From: Longimicrobiales bacterium
Lineage (GTDB): Bacteria; Gemmatimonadota; Gemmatimonadetes; Longimicrobiales; Gaopeijiaceae
Direction: 5' to 3'
Length of the DNA: 64,000 bases
Assembly (NCBI GenBank): GCA_965198065.1
Contig: CBDAON010000004.1
Location: 1,632,001 to 1,696,000, forward strand
Shown here: positions 9,443 to 20,123 of the stretch, one piece after another
Layout: each line of letters opens with the position of its first letter
Position numbering within the stretch: position 1 is the first letter of the stretch
Notes under the pieces: model-generated
Database searches by the model: none
The model's input: the letters and a program-made list of their open reading frames with translations, nothing else
What the model was told of the DNA's origin: nothing
Translations under genes and position numbers: made by a program

Positions 9443-10402
9443 TTACCGCCTGCGGAGCCGCGGGTTCACGACCTCGTCCAGGCCGCGCCCTACCAGGTAG
9501 AAGGCGGCGCAGAGAAGGGTGATCGCGAGGCCGGGAGGGACCCAGAGGTACCAGTAGCTGGCCAGGAGCGGCCCGCCCAGGTACCCGGCCGTGTACGCCT
9601 CGTTGATCATGAGCCCTAGGCTCATCCGCACCTGCGGGAGAAGGCCGAAGAAGCTCAGGGCCGCCTCCGCGAAGATCGCGCTCGTGACGGTGAACATCAT
9701 GTAGAGGAAGCTCAGGGGCAGGACGTTGGGGATGACGTGCCGGAGGATGATGTGCACGTCGGATCCGCCGGCCACCCGCGCAGCGTCCAGGAAGGGCTTC
9801 ACGACCACGCCGAGCGCGCGGGACTTGAGGACGACCGTAATGCTCCCGAGCCCGACGAACACCCCTATGATGAGCGCCAGCCTAGGTAGGTCGAGCACCA
9901 TCACGCCCGTGAGCGCGACCAGGAGGGTGAAGATAGGGAAGATCATGAGGAAGTTCGCGAGCCGCATGAAGAGCGTGTCCACGATCGTGTTCCGGTAGTA
10001 GGCGGCCAGGCAGCCGACCACGGTTCCGAGGATCACGCTCACCGTGGCCGCGAGGATCCCCAGGACGAAGGCGACTCGCACCGAATACATGAGCTGGCTC
10101 AGGACATCCCGTCCAAAGCGGCTCACGCCGAGCGGGTGCTCCCAGCTGGGAGGCACGGGAAACGACTCGAGGCGGGTGAACCCCTGGATCGGGTGGTAGA
10201 CCTCAGGGTCCCAGACCGTGGCGAGGAGGACCGGGTGCGCCAGCGCGAGCAACCCGATGACCGTGATGATGCCGAGACCGATCGGCCCGATCCGGCCCTC
10301 GACGAAGACCTGCCAGCTTGTTCTCCACTCGCGGCGGAGCCGGTCCCACCGGCCGCGGGGAGCAGGCGGGAGACGCGGCTCCGCCGCCGCCGCCTCAGGC
10401 AT
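9443..10402 (-). CDS. Peptide ABC transporter permease (DppC/OppC-like)
   Basis: HPLG...GRDVLSQL, AARVAGGS...IILRHVIPN, EAALSFFGL. Confidence 0.92.
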   Translation of the reverse strand: MPEAAAAEPRLPPAPRGRWDRLRREWRTSWQVFVEGRIGPIGLGIITVIGLLALAHPVLLATVWDPEVYHPIQGFTRLESFPVPPSWEHPLGVSRFGRDVLSQLMYSVRVAFVLGILAATVSVILGTVVGCLAAYYRNTIVDTLFMRLANFLMIFPIFTLLVALTGVMVLDLPRLALIIGVFVGLGSITVVLKSRALGVVVKPFLDAARVAGGSDVHIILRHVIPNVLPLSFLYMMFTVTSAIFAEAALSFFGLLPQVRMSLGLMINEAYTAGYLGGPLLASYWYLWVPPGLAITLLCAAFYLVGRGLDEVVNPRLRRR

Positions 10403-10432
10403 GAGCGTCAGGCCTCGGGCGGGGCATCCGCC

Positions 10433-11605
10433 TCAGGCAAGGCGGATCCGGGGGTCCAGGAGCGCGTAGAGCACGTCCACCACGAGGTGGGCGAGGAGCA
10501 CCGACACGGCCAGGACCAGCACCGAGGCCATCGTCACGGGGAAGTTCTGCTCTAGGACGGAGCGAAGGAGGGCGTGGCCCATCCCGGGCCAGGAGAAGAT
10601 CGTTTCGGTGATGAGCGCACCGTCCACCACGAGGGCCACTGCGAGCGCGAACGACGTGGCGATCGGCAGGAGCGCCGTTCGGGCCGCGTGCCGATCCCGG
10701 ACGTCACGCTCCTCCAGGCCCTTTGCCCGGGCCGTCAGCACGAAGTCCTCCCGCATTGTCTCGAGCATCGAGTCGCGCATGATGAGCATCGGCGCAGCGA
10801 AGCCGATCGTGACCAGCGTCAGGACGGGGAGCGTCATGTGGTGCGCTACGTCCACGGCCAACCGGCCCAGCCCGGCCCGCTGCCACCAGAGAGCGGCCCC
10901 CACGGCGTAAACGCCTACCCCGGCGAAACGGGCGACCGTCCGGCCCCTGCGATGATCGATCCCCCGAGTGGCACCGAAGGTCAGGAGGGTCCACGCGACG
11001 AGGAGAATTCCCGTCGCGAGCATCGGGACGAGCACATCGTTCGACGTGAGCCCGAGCTCGATATGCGGCCTCCAGATCGCGAAGTCCTGCCAGCCGCCGA
11101 AGGGGAACAGGCCGAACCGGAGGGCGAAGAGCCAGAGGAAGAAGAGCGCCGCGACCGGAGTGAAGACGTTGAGCAGCACCACGCCCGCCACGGTGCCCGC
11201 GTACTCGGTCCATTTTCCCCGGCTCCATGCGATCAGCTTTCCCAGCGTGAAGCCGAGCGTGTAGCTCGTCACGACGACGACCAGGAACAGGAGGACCGTG
11301 CGGGGCAGCCGCTCCGCAATGATCTCGGTCACCGGCCGCCCGCCGCGAAAGCTGGGGGTTGGGAAGGCGGCGCCCAGATCTCCGCGGGCGAGCCCCGCCA
11401 TGTAGGCCAGGTAGCGCTCGTGCGCCGGGCGGTCCAGGCCCAGGCGCGCGATCATCGCCTCCCTGGCCTCAGCGGGGATGTTGGGCTGAATGAAGATGAC
11501 GGTGATGTCTCCCGGCATCACCTGGAACATGAAGAAGACGGAGGTGACGACGAAGAAAAGGAGAACTGCGCTCTGGGCGAGGCGATTTACGATGTATCGG
11601 GTCAT
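10433..11605 (-). CDS. Peptide ABC transporter permease (DppB/OppB-like)
   Basis: MPGD, GLDRP, EDFVLTARAKGL, ETIFSWPGMG, LYALLDPRIR. Confidence 0.92.
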   Translation of the reverse strand: MTRYIVNRLAQSAVLLFFVVTSVFFMFQVMPGDITVIFIQPNIPAEAREAMIARLGLDRPAHERYLAYMAGLARGDLGAAFPTPSFRGGRPVTEIIAERLPRTVLLFLVVVVTSYTLGFTLGKLIAWSRGKWTEYAGTVAGVVLLNVFTPVAALFFLWLFALRFGLFPFGGWQDFAIWRPHIELGLTSNDVLVPMLATGILLVAWTLLTFGATRGIDHRRGRTVARFAGVGVYAVGAALWWQRAGLGRLAVDVAHHMTLPVLTLVTIGFAAPMLIMRDSMLETMREDFVLTARAKGLEERDVRDRHAARTALLPIATSFALAVALVVDGALITETIFSWPGMGHALLRSVLEQNFPVTMASVLVLAVSVLLAHLVVDVLYALLDPRIRLA

Positions 11606-13509
11606 CGCCGCAGCTGGACGGCGTGGATGAAGCCGGCGGTCTCCCGGCTCCGGATCCCCTGGAGCCCTCCGAGCCCGCTCGTGGTCGGGTAGGTCACTCG
11701 ATCCGATCGATACGCCTCGACGAGCGGTGTATCGAAGAGGACGACGTAGGGCACGTCGCGCGCCAGGTACGCCTGGAGCTGACCTGCCAGCTGGGCCGCG
11801 CGGTCCATGTCGTCGGCCTCGCGCAGAAACTCGTCCACGAGCCGGTCGTACTCAGGGTTCTCGTAGCCCTGGGCGTTCAGGCCGCGAAGCTCCGTGTACC
11901 GCGAGTGGAAGAAGGCCTCCAAATAGGAAGGGTAGACCGTGAGGCTCCACCCCAGGATCCACATGTCGAAGTCCTGGAGATCGAAGACGCGTTCCGTAAC
12001 GACATTGAATGCCGTGAGATTCGGCCGGACCGGGATCCCAACCTCGGTGAGCCACCGCTCGATCCAGTTCGCGAACGTCGCGCGAAGCGGATCGTACGCC
12101 TCGCCGGGGCCGAGGAGCTCCAGCTCTTCCATCGGCTCCCCGCTCGGGAGCCGGAGCCCGCTCCCTGGCTGGGTCAGGTTCCCCTCGGCGTCCAGCACCG
12201 GCTGCTCGTCCCAGGTGAAACCCGCCGACTCGAGAAGGCCCACCGCTTCCCGGATCCGTTCCGCACGGGACATCCCCGTGCCGTAGACCTGGACCTCGGG
12301 GCTGTGCCAGAAGACGTTCGCGGGCGGGACGATGCTGTAAATAGGATACGCGACTCCCTGTAGCACCCGATCCGTCACGAACTCCCGGTCGATCAGCACC
12401 GCCACCGCCTGGCGAAACGCGAGCAGGTTCATTGGCTCGCGGCGGAGGTTGAACGAGAGATATCGGATGCCGTTGTTCGGGTTCTCGATCAGCGTCACCC
12501 CGGGAACGTCCCTGAGCTGATCCTGGAAGCCGCGCTCGAGGCCTAGCGGGTTAAAGAGGAAGTCGGCTTCACCGGCCTGAAGGGCCAGCACTCCCGTGGC
12601 CTGCGCTCCGAAAACGCGGTAGTGGATGTCGTCGACGTAGGGGCCCGTGACAACCTCGAGCTCGGGGTCCCCGACGGGCTCCCCGTAACCAGTCCAATCG
12701 TAGAGATCCTCTGTGGAGAGCCGCACCGCGCCGTTCGGATAGAGCACCTCCCGCTCCCCACGGGACGAGAATCCGGGATTGGCAGGCCGGTTGACGAAGG
12801 AGCCTCGCTCCCAAATCCCGTAGAGGAACGAGCCGGCCACGGGCTCGTTCGTAACCTCCACGTCGAAGATCGCTCCGAGGGGGTCGTCGGCCGCGAGGGC
12901 GGCTTCCAGGTGCGGCTCCCAGAAGGCGCGCTGGAAGGTCGGCGCCATGAGAATCCCGAAGTTGTAGCGGCCGTCCGGGCGCGTCAGGTAGAACTCTACC
13001 GTGTAGTCGTCCACGGCCTCGGCGCGCACCAGCAGATCCTCGGGAGCGATCGAGGGGAAGTTCCCCCCGAGCTCGTTGGCTCCGAGCGTCGTGATGGCGT
13101 GGAACGTGAACGCCACGTCGTGCGCCATCACGGGAGTACCGTCACTCCAGAGAAACCCCTCTCTGACGCGCACGGTGGAACGCCAGAGCTCCGCATCCGG
13201 CTCGAGGGGCGTCGGCATCCCGTCGGCCAGCATCGGCACCCAGTCGTACCGCTCGACAGTGTAGCGATAGAGGGAAGGGTGGATGTGCGCGGTGACGTAC
13301 GCGTTCCAGATCGTGGTCTGGGGCCCGTAGTACGCCCACGGATTTCGAGCCGTGACGTCCTCGAAGATCCCTGTTACGTAGCTGCCGCCCTCGGGGACGA
13401 CGGCGCCCGAGGGCCCCGCGCCGCTCGGAGAGCGCAGCAGCAGGAAGACTCCCGCCAGGGCGACGACCACCAGGCCAACGATCGCTCCGAGGCTTCCGCG
13501 AGGCTTCAT
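11602..13509 (-). CDS. ABC transporter substrate-binding protein, family 5
   Basis: N-terminal hydrophobic anchor; VREGFLWSDGTPVMAHDVAFTF; FRQAVAVLIDRE. Confidence 0.9.
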   Translation of the reverse strand: MKPRGSLGAIVGLVVVALAGVFLLLRSPSGAGPSGAVVPEGGSYVTGIFEDVTARNPWAYYGPQTTIWNAYVTAHIHPSLYRYTVERYDWVPMLADGMPTPLEPDAELWRSTVRVREGFLWSDGTPVMAHDVAFTFHAITTLGANELGGNFPSIAPEDLLVRAEAVDDYTVEFYLTRPDGRYNFGILMAPTFQRAFWEPHLEAALAADDPLGAIFDVEVTNEPVAGSFLYGIWERGSFVNRPANPGFSSRGEREVLYPNGAVRLSTEDLYDWTGYGEPVGDPELEVVTGPYVDDIHYRVFGAQATGVLALQAGEADFLFNPLGLERGFQDQLRDVPGVTLIENPNNGIRYLSFNLRREPMNLLAFRQAVAVLIDREFVTDRVLQGVAYPIYSIVPPANVFWHSPEVQVYGTGMSRAERIREAVGLLESAGFTWDEQPVLDAEGNLTQPGSGLRLPSGEPMEELELLGPGEAYDPLRATFANWIERWLTEVGIPVRPNLTAFNVVTERVFDLQDFDMWILGWSLTVYPSYLEAFFHSRYTELRGLNAQGYENPEYDRLVDEFLREADDMDRAAQLAGQLQAYLARDVPYVVLFDTPLVEAYRSDRVTYPTTSGLGGLQGIRSRETAGFIHAVQLRR

Positions 13510-13557
13510 CCCGTCAGCTCCTCTCCTCGAGGGAATTCCGGTGCGAGGCGCGGGCGA

Positions 13558-14361
13558 CTACTTGCGCCAGGTCCACGACACCGATTCATAGTGGGGAAGG
13601 AGGGCCGCCGCCACCTCCTGCTCGCGTGCGCTCGCCTCCCCCCGAGCCCACTCTCCGCCCAGGGTCGCCGCTAAGCCGGCCTCGACCGCCGCGGCCACGA
13701 CGGGGAATCCGGGCTCGCAGGAGAGGAGCTCCGCGAGGGTGATCGCTCCATCCGACGTGTTTGCGACCGCCGGCGCCCAGCGAGCGGCCCCGGCGAGCGC
13801 GGCCATCGGGACCGACGGGCGCCCGAGGAGAAGCGAGCCGTGTTGGAGGAGCACCTTCCCGAAGCGGGCCTGTGCGCTCCCCACGAGCTTCCGCCCACGC
13901 ACCACCACCTCTCCCTCCGCTGGACACCCGAAACAGGGGCCGGCTCCGGGATCGGGGGGCCGCTCCCCCCGGCCAGCCCGCTCGGCCGCGACCCCGAGCG
14001 ACCGGAGGGCGGCCAGGAGTGCGTCGTTCACCGTTCGATACGCCTCCCTGAGCCCGCCGAGCGCCGCCAGCGGAGCCACTACCGCATAGGTGAGCTCACG
14101 GTCGTGCATCACTTCGCGGCCCCCGGTGGGTCGCCGCACGATCTCGGCGCCGAGCCGAGAGGCGGCCATCGGATCGTATCGATCCCGCGCGGGCTGGTTC
14201 CGTCCGAGTGAGAGGGTGGGCCGGGACCACCGATAGATCCGGAGGACCCCTTCGCCGTCCCTGGCCACGCGGGCAAGCGCGACGTCCAGGGCCATGTTCC
14301 AGGAACCGGACGCGGGCGGGTCCCGAAGGATCCTCCAGCGGCGGAAGTCGGCCCGCCTCAA
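13558..14361 (-). CDS. Lipoate-protein ligase / octanoyltransferase (LipM-like)
   Basis: NMALD, LSLGRNQ, RRPTGG, KLVGSAQ, QHGS motifs; lies downstream of gcvHP. Confidence 0.88.
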   Translation of the reverse strand: MRRADFRRWRILRDPPASGSWNMALDVALARVARDGEGVLRIYRWSRPTLSLGRNQPARDRYDPMAASRLGAEIVRRPTGGREVMHDRELTYAVVAPLAALGGLREAYRTVNDALLAALRSLGVAAERAGRGERPPDPGAGPCFGCPAEGEVVVRGRKLVGSAQARFGKVLLQHGSLLLGRPSVPMAALAGAARWAPAVANTSDGAITLAELLSCEPGFPVVAAAVEAGLAATLGGEWARGEASAREQEVAAALLPHYESVSWTWRK

Positions 14362-15044
14362 GGGTACGCCAGGGTCTCCCCGGGCTCGAGAGCCTCGACC
14401 CGGGCTCGGCTGCCAACCATCTCACGGAACGCCTCGGGGTCCTGTTGGATCACGTCGAAGGTGTTGTAGTGCATGGGGACCACGACCTTCGGACGGATGA
14501 AGTTTACCGCTCGGGCCGCGTCCTCAGGGCCCATCGTGTAGTTGTCTCCGATGGGGAGGAGCGCCACGTCCACCTGGCCCTCGAGGAGCTGCATGTCCGT
14601 GATGAGAGCCGTGTCGCCAGCGTGGTAGAGGCGGCAGTCCGGGAGGGAGAAGAGGAACCCGGCGGCAATCGTCGTGAAGCGCCCCGACTCGTCCCCGTCC
14701 ACCATCCCGCCGTGGAGCGCCGGCGTCATCTTGACCCGTCCGAACGGGAACGCGAAGCCTCCGCCGATACTCATCCCGTGCGCGGTCTGGATGCCCTTCG
14801 AGGCGGCGAACTGCTCGATCTCGTGCGAGGAGACGAGCGTCGCCCCCGTGCGCTTGGTCAGGGAGAGCGCGTCCGCGAAGTGATCTCCGTGGCCGTGCGT
14901 GCAGAAGATGAAGTCAAGCTTCGAGAAGCTCGTGCTCTTCACGTCGGCTCGCGGGTTCCCGTCGAACCAGGGGTCGATCACGATGCGCGCCCCGTCCGAC
15001 GTCACGAAGGAGAAGGTCGAGTGTCCATGGTACGTAAGCTTCAC
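14358..15044 (-). CDS. Metal-dependent hydrolase, metallo-beta-lactamase fold (UPF0173)
   Basis: GHSTF, IDPW, THGHGDH, YHAGDT, LPIGDNYTMG, PMHYNTF. GTG start with GGAGG RBS. Confidence 0.92.
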   Translation of the reverse strand: MKLTYHGHSTFSFVTSDGARIVIDPWFDGNPRADVKSTSFSKLDFIFCTHGHGDHFADALSLTKRTGATLVSSHEIEQFAASKGIQTAHGMSIGGGFAFPFGRVKMTPALHGGMVDGDESGRFTTIAAGFLFSLPDCRLYHAGDTALITDMQLLEGQVDVALLPIGDNYTMGPEDAARAVNFIRPKVVVPMHYNTFDVIQQDPEAFREMVGSRARVEALEPGETLAYP

Positions 15045-15058
15045 GACAGTTTCCTCCG

Positions 15059-18013
15059 TCAGCCGACGACACCGGGGGCCGCCGCGTAGGACTCGATGGG
15101 AGGGCACGTGCAGACCAGGTTCCGGTCGCCGTACGCGTTGTCCACCCTCCCTACCGAGGGCCAGCACTTGTGGTCCCGCGTCCAGGGAGCGGGAAAGCCC
15201 GCCCGCTCACGGGAGTACGGATGACCCCACGTCTCGGCGAGGAGGGACCCCAGCGTGTGCGGGGCGTTCTTCAGCGGGTTGTCCGAGCGATCCATGAGGC
15301 CAGCCTCGATCTGGCGAATCTCCTCGCGAATGGCAACGAGTGCGTCACAGAACCGGTCCAGCTCTTCAAGCGACTCGGACTCGGTGGGCTCCACCATGAT
15401 CGTGCCTGGTACCGGAAACGCCATCGTCGGCGCGTGGAAGCCGTAATCCATGAGGCGCTTCGCGACATCCTCCTCCGTGACCCCCGACGATTTCTTGAAG
15501 GGACGGAGGTCAAGGATAAACTCGTGTGCCACCCACCCTCCCTTTCCCCGATAGAGGACGGGGAAGTGCCCCTCCAGTCGCTTGGCCATGTAGTTCGCGT
15601 TCAGGATCGCCGTCTCTGTGGCCCTCCGGAGGCCCTCTCGTCCGAGAAGCGCGATGTACGCCCACGAGATGACGAGCACCGACGCGCTTCCCCACGGGGC
15701 GGCAGACACCGCTCCGATCCCACGATCACCGCCCACCGCCACCACGGGGTGGTGGGGGAGGAACGGAGCGAGGTGCTCGGCCACGCAGATCGGGCCCATT
15801 CCGGGCCCTCCCCCCCCGTGCGGGATCGCGAAGGTTTTGTGCAGGTTGATATGGCAGACGTCGGCGCCGTAGTCGCCCGGCCGGCAGATGCCCACCTGGG
15901 CGTTCAGGTTCGCTCCGTCCAGGTAGACCTGCCCCCCCCGTTCGTGCACGATCTCCGCAACTCTCCGGATCCCCTCTTCGAAGACGCCGTGGGTCGAGGG
16001 ATAGGTGATCATGAGGGCGGCGAGCTCGCCTGCGTGTGTGTCCGCCTTGGCCCGGAGATCCTCCAGATCGACGCTCCCGCTCGCGTCGCAGCGGACCACG
16101 ACGACCCGCATCCCGGCCATCATGGCCGAGGCCGGGTTCGTGCCGTGGGCCGACGAGGGGATGAGGCAGATGTTTCGGGCGCTCTCGCCCCTCTCCCGGT
16201 GATAGGCGCGGATCACGAGGAGCCCCGTGTACTCTCCCTGTGCGCCCGAGTTAGGCTGGAGCGACACGGCCGGAAGGCCAGTGATCGCGGCGAGCCAGCG
16301 CTCCAGGTCCCGGATGGTCGAGTGGTATCCCGCGGCCTGGTCGGCCGGCGCGAACGGGTGCATGCGCGAGAACGCGGGCCAACTGAGCGGGATCATTTCG
16401 GCCGCCGCGTTCAGCTTCATCGTGCACGAGCCCAGCGGTATCATGCTCGTCGTGAGCGAGAGGTCGCGGCTCTCGAGCCGATGGAGGTACCGGAGAAGGT
16501 CGGTCTCGGAGTGGTAGCGGTTGAATACCGGGTGCTCGAGATACGGGGTCGTCCGCCTGAGGGACGGTGGGAGGGCTTCGGGACCGGGGCCCTGGGCCTC
16601 CGAGACCTCGAGGAAGAGGTCTCTGGCATCGGGCACGAGGAGCTCGGGCCCGGCCGGTTCCCCGGGGTCGGTCGCGACACCGACCCCCGCCGAGGTCCCG
16701 AAAACAGCGAGGAGATCCCGGACGTCCCCGGTCTCGACGGTCTCGTCCAGAGCTATGCCGATCGTTCCGTCCCCGAAGTCCCTCAAGTTGATCTCGGCCT
16801 CCCTCGCATCCGCCAGAATTATTGGTGCCGGAGCGCCCCGAGCTCGCACTCTGAGCGTGTCGAAGTAGTGGGCGTTCAGGACTACGTGCCCGAGCTTTTC
16901 GAGGCCGTGGGCGAGCACGCGCGTCAGGTCGTGGATGCGGAGCGCGATGCGCCGGAGACCCTCGGGGCCGTGATAGACGGCGTACATAGACGCCATGACC
17001 GCCAGGAGAACCTGTGCCGTGCAGATGTTCGAGGTTGCCTTTTCCCGCCGGATGTGCTGCTCGCGGGTCTGGAGGGCCATGCGGAGCGCCGGATTCCCGT
17101 GCACGTCTCGGGACACGCCGACGATGCGGCCAGGGAGCGCGCGCTTCAGCGCCTCGGTCACCGCCATATAGGCCGCGTGCGGCCCCCCGTATCCCATCGG
17201 CACCCCGAAACGCTGGGTGGTTCCCACCGACAGGTCTGCCCCGAGCTCGCCCGGGGCTGCCACGAGCGTCAGCGCGAGAAGATCCGCCACGATGCCGGCC
17301 AGAGCTCCTGCTTCGTGCGTGCGGCGGATGGCCGCCCTCGGATCCCTCACCTCGCCGTCGGTGGCCGGGAGCGCAAAGAGCGCTCCGAAGAAGGCGTCAT
17401 CGATTTCGCAGTCGTCGGGGCTGCCGACCACCACCTCCACTCCCAACGGGTGCGCGCGCGTGCGCACGACCTCGATTGTCTGTGGGTGACATCCGCGGTC
17501 CATCAAGAGGCGCCGGCGGTCGCCCGTCGACTCCGAGAGGAAGAGCGACATGGCCTCCGCCGCGGCCGTACTCTCGTCAAGAAGGGATGCGTTCGCGACC
17601 GGGAGCCCCGTGAGGTCGGCCACGACGGTCTGGAAGTTCAGGAGCGCTTCCAACCGACCCTGTGAGATCTCCGCCTGGTACGGCGTGTACTGGGTGTACC
17701 AGCCAGGGTTCTCGAGGATGTTGCGGAGGATGACCGGGGGCGTGACCGTGCCCTGGTATGCCATGCCTAGGTAGGAGCGGGACACGCGGTTCTCCGCGGC
17801 CACTGACCTGAGCCTCTCGAGCAAGGCGACTTCGGTGAGCCCCTCGCCGATTCCCGGGAGCGCCTCGTTTCGGATCGACGGTGGCACCGCGTCGGCGATC
17901 AGGCCTTCGATGGACTCGTATCCGAGGAGCGCGAGCATCCGAGCCGCCTCCTCGGAATCGGGCCCGACATGCCGATCCACGAAGCGGTCGGTGCGCTCCA
18001 GCGTTCGAGTCAT
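15059..18013 (-). CDS. gcvP: Glycine dehydrogenase (glycine cleavage P protein), single chain
   Basis: [48 protein letters not shown] site NLHKTF. ATG 18013 overlaps the gcvH stop. Confidence 0.97.
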   Translation of the reverse strand: MTRTLERTDRFVDRHVGPDSEEAARMLALLGYESIEGLIADAVPPSIRNEALPGIGEGLTEVALLERLRSVAAENRVSRSYLGMAYQGTVTPPVILRNILENPGWYTQYTPYQAEISQGRLEALLNFQTVVADLTGLPVANASLLDESTAAAEAMSLFLSESTGDRRRLLMDRGCHPQTIEVVRTRAHPLGVEVVVGSPDDCEIDDAFFGALFALPATDGEVRDPRAAIRRTHEAGALAGIVADLLALTLVAAPGELGADLSVGTTQRFGVPMGYGGPHAAYMAVTEALKRALPGRIVGVSRDVHGNPALRMALQTREQHIRREKATSNICTAQVLLAVMASMYAVYHGPEGLRRIALRIHDLTRVLAHGLEKLGHVVLNAHYFDTLRVRARGAPAPIILADAREAEINLRDFGDGTIGIALDETVETGDVRDLLAVFGTSAGVGVATDPGEPAGPELLVPDARDLFLEVSEAQGPGPEALPPSLRRTTPYLEHPVFNRYHSETDLLRYLHRLESRDLSLTTSMIPLGSCTMKLNAAAEMIPLSWPAFSRMHPFAPADQAAGYHSTIRDLERWLAAITGLPAVSLQPNSGAQGEYTGLLVIRAYHRERGESARNICLIPSSAHGTNPASAMMAGMRVVVVRCDASGSVDLEDLRAKADTHAGELAALMITYPSTHGVFEEGIRRVAEIVHERGGQVYLDGANLNAQVGICRPGDYGADVCHINLHKTFAIPHGGGGPGMGPICVAEHLAPFLPHHPVVAVGGDRGIGAVSAAPWGSASVLVISWAYIALLGREGLRRATETAILNANYMAKRLEGHFPVLYRGKGGWVAHEFILDLRPFKKSSGVTEEDVAKRLMDYGFHAPTMAFPVPGTIMVEPTESESLEELDRFCDALVAIREEIRQIEAGLMDRSDNPLKNAPHTLGSLLAETWGHPYSRERAGFPAPWTRDHKCWPSVGRVDNAYGDRNLVCTCPPIESYAAAPGVVG

Positions 18014-18399
18014 TTTCCCACGAGCGTTCGATACGCCTCCGCGTCTAGCAGGTCGTCCAGCTCGGACAGGTCTGAGGCCTTGAGCCGCACCATCCACCCG
18101 TCGCCGTACGGATCGGCGTTCACCAGGGCGGGATCGTCTTCCAGCGAAACGTTCACGGCCACGATCTCGCCACCGACGGGGCAATAGATGTCGCTTACCG
18201 CCTTCACGGCCTCGATCGTGCCGACGACGTCGGACGCGTTGAAGGTCTCCCCGATGGCGGGAAGCTCCAGAAACACTACGTCCCCGAGCTCTCCCTGCGC
18301 ATAGTCCGTGATCCCGATGGTGAACACGCCCGACTCGTTCGTGGGCCTCACGTACTCGTGCTCTTCGGTGTAGTAGAGGTCGGCGGGAGTGTCGGACAT
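18010..18399 (-). CDS. gcvH: Glycine cleavage H protein
   Basis: [23 protein letters not shown], lipoyl-Lys motif [10 protein letters not shown]. Confidence 0.97.
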   Translation of the reverse strand: MSDTPADLYYTEEHEYVRPTNESGVFTIGITDYAQGELGDVVFLELPAIGETFNASDVVGTIEAVKAVSDIYCPVGGEIVAVNVSLEDDPALVNADPYGDGWMVRLKASDLSELDDLLDAEAYRTLVGK

Positions 18400-18517
18400 C
18401 AACAGGGCTCCAGGTGGGGTGACCGTAACGACGCCCCGCCAATAGATGAGCTACCCATAGAGGCGTCAAGCGCGTCCGGGACGCGCGACGCGAGCGCCCC
18501 GGGAGCCCGCTCGGGGG

Positions 18518-18546
18518 TTGGCGCCGGACACGCCGGAGGGTACCCT
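18518..18546 (+). promoter_or_regulatory. Possible sigma70-type promoter for tatA
   Basis: TTGGCG, 17 nt spacer, TACCCT. Confidence 0.4.
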
Positions 18547-18643
18547 TGAGCGACCTGCCGAGGCAGGTTAGGCCTCGCCGGCCGCTGCCGACCCAAAGGG
18601 AGCTCCCGCCGGCAGATGGGCCACAATCGGAAGGAGGATAACC

Positions 18644-18841
18644 ATGTTTCCGAGGCTGGGTGTAATGGAGATCGTCCTGATTCTCGCGGTCGTGGTATTG
18701 TTCTTCGGAGCGAAGCGAATCCCTCAGATTGCACGGGGGCTCGGCGAGGGGATCAGGAATTTCAAGGCGGGGGTGAAGGAGCCTGAGCGCCTGGAGAAAG
18801 GGGACGCCCCCGGGCGCCCGGACGACGGGCAGAACGCCTGA
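18644..18841 (+). CDS. tatA: Twin-arginine translocase subunit TatA/E
   Basis: [37 protein letters not shown]; strong AAGGAGG RBS. Confidence 0.95.
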   Translation: MFPRLGVMEIVLILAVVVLFFGAKRIPQIARGLGEGIRNFKAGVKEPERLEKGDAPGRPDDGQNA

Positions 18842-18863
18842 GAGCCGCCCGGTCCCGGTCCGC

Positions 18864-20123
18864 CTACGGCTCGCGGTCCTATTCCTCACTGTCTTCGTCG
18901 ACCTCGTGGGGTTCGGGATTGTCCTTCCGCTCCTCCCCCTTTACGCGGATCGATTCGGAGCGACGGGGACCTGGATCGGAGTCCTGGTCCTCTCGTACTC
19001 CGCCGCTCAACTTCTCATGGCCCCTGTGTGGGGGCGCCTCTCCGACCGCCTGGGTCGGAGGCCGATCCTCATTGTAGGGCTCCTCGGGTCGGCAGCCTCC
19101 TATGTGATCTTCGCGTACGCTGGGTCCATCTCGATGCTCCTCCTTTCCCGCATCATGGCTGGGGTGGGAGGTGCGAACATCCCTGTCGCCCAGGCATATG
19201 TAGCGGATGTCACGCCCCCGGACCGCCGGGCGGGGAACCTCGGGCTCATTGGCGCCGCCTTCGGTCTCGGATTCATCTTCGGACCCGCGATCGGGGGCGT
19301 GCTGGCACCGGTCGCGCCAGAGCTTCCGGGCCTCGCGGCCGCTGCCCTCTGCGCGGGGAACGCCCTGCTCGCCGTGTTCCTGCTTCCCGAGTCGTTGCCG
19401 CCGGACGAGCGGAAGCGGAGGGCCGAGCGGATGAGAGACGTGGACGCGCTTTCCCCGGGACTGCCCGAGAGAGCTCCGGCCAGGGGGATCCGCGACCTCC
19501 GGGCTGTGCTCGAGGCCCCGGACTTCCGCCGGGTCCTCGTGCTCTCGTTCCTCTTCATCACGGCCTTCTCGGCGATGCACCCCACGTTTCCCCTCTATGC
19601 GGTAGAGCGCTTCGGCTTGGCCGAGGCGGCCGTGGGATCGCTCTTCGCCTTCATGGGGGTGGTGTCGGCCGTGATGCAGGGCGGCGTGGTCCGCGTCCTC
19701 GCGGCTCGCCTCGGCGAGGTCGCACTCATCCGGATCTGTGCGATTCCGTTCGTCTTGGGCTTTGTCACGATCGGGCTGGCCACCTCCGTGCCGGTGCTTC
19801 TCGTCGGCCTCGCGCTCCTGGCGGCGGGCTTCGGAGGCACGTTCCCGTCGCTCACAAGCCTCCTCTCGCGCTCCGCCCCCGAGACGCTGCAGGGGAGCTC
19901 GCTCGGGATCGCCCAGAGCGCCGGAGCGCTCGCCCGGATCCTGGGGCCGCTCCTGGGCGGCGTCGTCTGGGACGCGATGGGAGCCGAGTGGCCTTACTTC
20001 GTCGCCGCCGGGATCGGGGTGACAGCTGCGATCTGGAGCGCGACGCTCCGGCAGCCGGGCGCGGCGTCCACGTCGGCGACCATCGAGCCCGCGGGATCTG
20101 TCGGGAAAACAAGGCCGACGTGA
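18864..20123 (+). CDS. MFS transporter, TetA/DHA1-like (true start unclear)
   Basis: [17 protein letters not shown], motif [29 protein letters not shown]. Confidence 0.9.
   Translation, partial: LRLAVLFLTVFVDLVGFGIVLPLLPLYADRFGATGTWIGVLVLSYSAAQLLMAPVWGRLSDRLGRRPILIVGLLGSAASYVIFAYAGSISMLLLSRIMAGVGGANIPVAQAYVADVTPPDRRAGNLGLIGAAFGLGFIFGPAIGGVLAPVAPELPGLAAAALCAGNALLAVFLLPESLPPDERKRRAERMRDVDALSPGLPERAPARGIRDLRAVLEAPDFRRVLVLSFLFITAFSAMHPTFPLYAVERFGLAEAAVGSLFAFMGVVSAVMQGGVVRVLAARLGEVALIRICAIPFVLGFVTIGLATSVPVLLVGLALLAAGFGGTFPSLTSLLSRSAPETLQGSSLGIAQSAGALARILGPLLGGVVWDAMGAEWPYFVAAGIGVTAAIWSATLRQPGAASTSATIEPAGSVGKTRPT

Noticed and set aside
15170..17665. Long antisense and alternate-frame ORFs (for example 831 aa opposite gcvP, 576 aa at 7359, 548 aa at 45213)
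   Set aside because: These are shadow ORFs expected in high-GC DNA opposite well-conserved genes, and they have no recognisable motifs.
18400..18520. Glycine riboswitch upstream of gcvH
   Set aside because: No GGAGA…GAAG…CUCUCAGG aptamer pattern is visible. There is only a weak promoter candidate (TTGACG-17-TCTATT, 18469-18441).
18014..18889. N-terminal extension making GcvP 1276 aa
   Set aside because: It overlaps gcvH and tatA. The real start is ATG 18013, coupled to the gcvH stop.
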